64,000 bases of DNA, taken from positions 19,220,001-19,284,000 of the forward strand of contig OZ024745.1 of the NCBI GenBank assembly GCA_964016885.1. Reading direction: 5' to 3'. Below the pieces are notes generated by a model that saw nothing but the letters and a program-made list of their open reading frames with translations, ran no database searches and was not told the DNA's origin. Below are positions 62,059-64,000 of this stretch, piece after piece. The first letter of the stretch is position 1. The number at the start of each line of letters is the position of its first letter. Position numbers and translations under genes: made by a program. Origin of the DNA: Eledone cirrhosa (taxonomy: Eukaryota).

Positions 62059-62889
62059 CAAAACACATTCTCAACACCAGAGTTTACCAAAGTGAGATCT
62101 GTAAATTTAATTTAAAAAATTGAGAAACAGTTGATGAGAATCAAATAGTTTTGTTTACTTTAAATGCAAACACCACAGTTCATTAAACACTATAGACAGC
62201 AAGGATCTTGTCTATTTTCCTTAAATTAAGTTCGTGTCCTCGATATATGGTTACAGAGTTATTTCCTCTTTACCATGAATATTTTCCAGTTGTTTCCCTT
62301 AGATTAAAAATATATTCTTTAAAGAATCATATATTAAGTTACTTAGTAAACAATAAATCACTCAAAATATTTCATTAATTAATTGAAATTGAGTGTATAT
62401 CATTAGAAATACAGTAACGTAATGGTTAAGAGGTGGCCAAAATAGTTGGGATTAAGAAGGACAGCTAACTTGATCTATGACAACCCGTCGAAGTCAGACG
62501 AGATGGGCACAGAATGAACAATTCTAATCATTGTTCTACTGGATCAAGGTTGACTTAAGACTAAGTCAACCTTGATTTATGGGCCATTATAGATCAGTCG
62601 TGACTTGGTCCATGATGACCCATTTAACCCTTGTCAGCATGGAAAAACGGATATTAAACTGATTATTATGATGATGAGTTTAAGACAGGACTCCAATATT
62701 AAATATGTTCTTCCATTAAGATAATATGGTATAGTTTATGGTAATTTGGCTGCTATTTCTAGCATAGATTCCAACTTCAGTTCTGTTGTTGTTCTTCGTG
62801 GTGGTGGTGGTATTTACCCAGACGGAAAACATTGAATGTTTAACTAAATAAAAAGGAAAACTAGAAAAGAGCCAATTGTTGGATTGGAC

Positions 62890-63243
62890 ATCATTATCAT
62901 CATCCTCACTGTTTAACATCCATTTTCCCCCACTAGCATGGGTTAGAAGAGTTGTCCTGCTGTGAAACATGCTAGATCAGATGACCATGACTTGCTCAAA
63001 CAGAACTGTTTCTGGTTTGGTTTCTAAGGTTGGATGCCCTTCCTAATGCCAACCACATTTACAGCCTGATCTAGGTGCTTTTTGTTGTGACACCTACTTT
63101 ATAGTGTGGACTAGGGGCTTTTTGTCGTGTCACCAACACAACCACTTTACAGGGTGGATTGGGGGCGTTTTGTCATGATACCTACACAACCAGAGTAAAA
63201 AGGGCACTTTTAATCGTAACAGGCACTTTTTGTCATGACACAT
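62890..63243 (-). mobile_element. Tail-element family copy with satellite-related units
   Basis: cactagcatgggttaga...ggatgcccttcctaatgccaacc...caaccactttacagggtggattggg...tgtcatgatacctacacaacc. Confidence 0.7.
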
Positions 63244-63585
63244 GTTATCGAGACAAAGAAGATGAATTTTCTATTGGTCCTTCTATTACTGATACTATCT
63301 GTCAGAAATTGTGACAGGCAAAAGTCTCACCATTTTTATGGTGACAGGAGATGGGATCTGAACTCAGAATGTACAGAGACAGAAGAAATACCACAAAGTA
63401 TCCCATTGAAGACTTTAACAATTCCACTAATCTACTGTCCTTGGACTGGTACTTTGTCAGCCCTTGTAAAGAGGAAAAGTAAAGTTAACCTTAACAGAAT
63501 TTAAACACCGAGTGCAGTGAGCCAAAACAAAAAACAAGATATTTAATCCAATGTTCTAACAATTCTGCCAATTTGTCACCTAAAT

Positions 63586-63660
63586 CAGTGGTTCCCAACC
63601 TTTTGTGCACCATGCCCCACCTCAATATCACAAAAATTGTTATGTCCCCTCCCCCATGAT
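63586..63660. mobile_element. Possible hAT-type MITE left end
   Basis: cagtggttcccaacctttt is a typical hAT TIR start, but no partner end was identified. Confidence 0.35.
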
Positions 63661-63991
63661 ATAAAAATACCTCTCTTTCATATGAAAACAGTGTTAATCA
63701 ACTGTAAAGTGTAAACAAATTGGTGTATAAGTGGTGCCAGATACACAACATGTGTGGAGGAGACAGGAGTTTCCAGCAGTAATGTCTTGCCTTGGTGTAA
63801 AAGTAATAAGGTAAAACCTGAAGTTTCTTCTCATGAACGTCATTTTCAAACTGCCTCTCCCCCACCTTAAATATTCAAATAGTTCCCCTGTGTGTGGGGG
63901 GAGGGGGGGGGGGCAAATTGCCACTGAGTATCACGGACTTAGATGAAAGCAAAAGAATAAATAAATAAATAAATCTTGTAAAAGAACTTAC

Positions 63992-64000
63992 CGGAAGACC
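63992..64000 (-). CDS. XPR1: 3' end of the preceding XPR1 exon ((E)VFR), continuing beyond the window
   Basis: Minus strand g gtc ttc cg|gtaagt. Joins in phase 2 to give EVFR-RFIWN as in XPR1. Confidence 0.85.

Overview
Eukaryotic (metazoan) genomic DNA. The repeat content resembles an octopus/cephalopod genome, which is an inference from recognised repeat motifs. Bases 1-~39,170 are one uninterrupted tandem array of about 800 copies of a 48/49-bp monomer (ACCTAGACAACCACTTTACAGTGTGGGCTGGGTCCTTTTT[T]GCCATGAC) with kb-scale higher-order duplications. All ORF-track calls there are artefacts. The array appears to lie in an intron and to have expanded in place from the internal repeat of a dispersed RTE-associated element, of which short copies occur further right (e.g. 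61,240-61,570). From 39,342 to 56,383 (+) nine phase-consistent GT-AG exons, including 32-, 16- and 13-nt microexons, encode the last 377 aa of a single-pass membrane protein: a TM helix plus a long Tyr-motif-rich cytoplasmic tail. On the - strand, convergent with it, are the last three coding exons of an XPR1 (EXS-domain phosphate exporter) orthologue. Introns hold degenerate RTE LINE fragments, tRNA-derived SINEs, piggyBac-, pogo- and hAT-type MITEs, and several minisatellites. The most notable hidden signal is five unrelated minimal hammerhead-ribozyme motifs. Two have a covarying U3-A8 core, most sit in fold-back elements, and all lie next to (TA)n tracts, as expected of Penelope-like retroelement termini.
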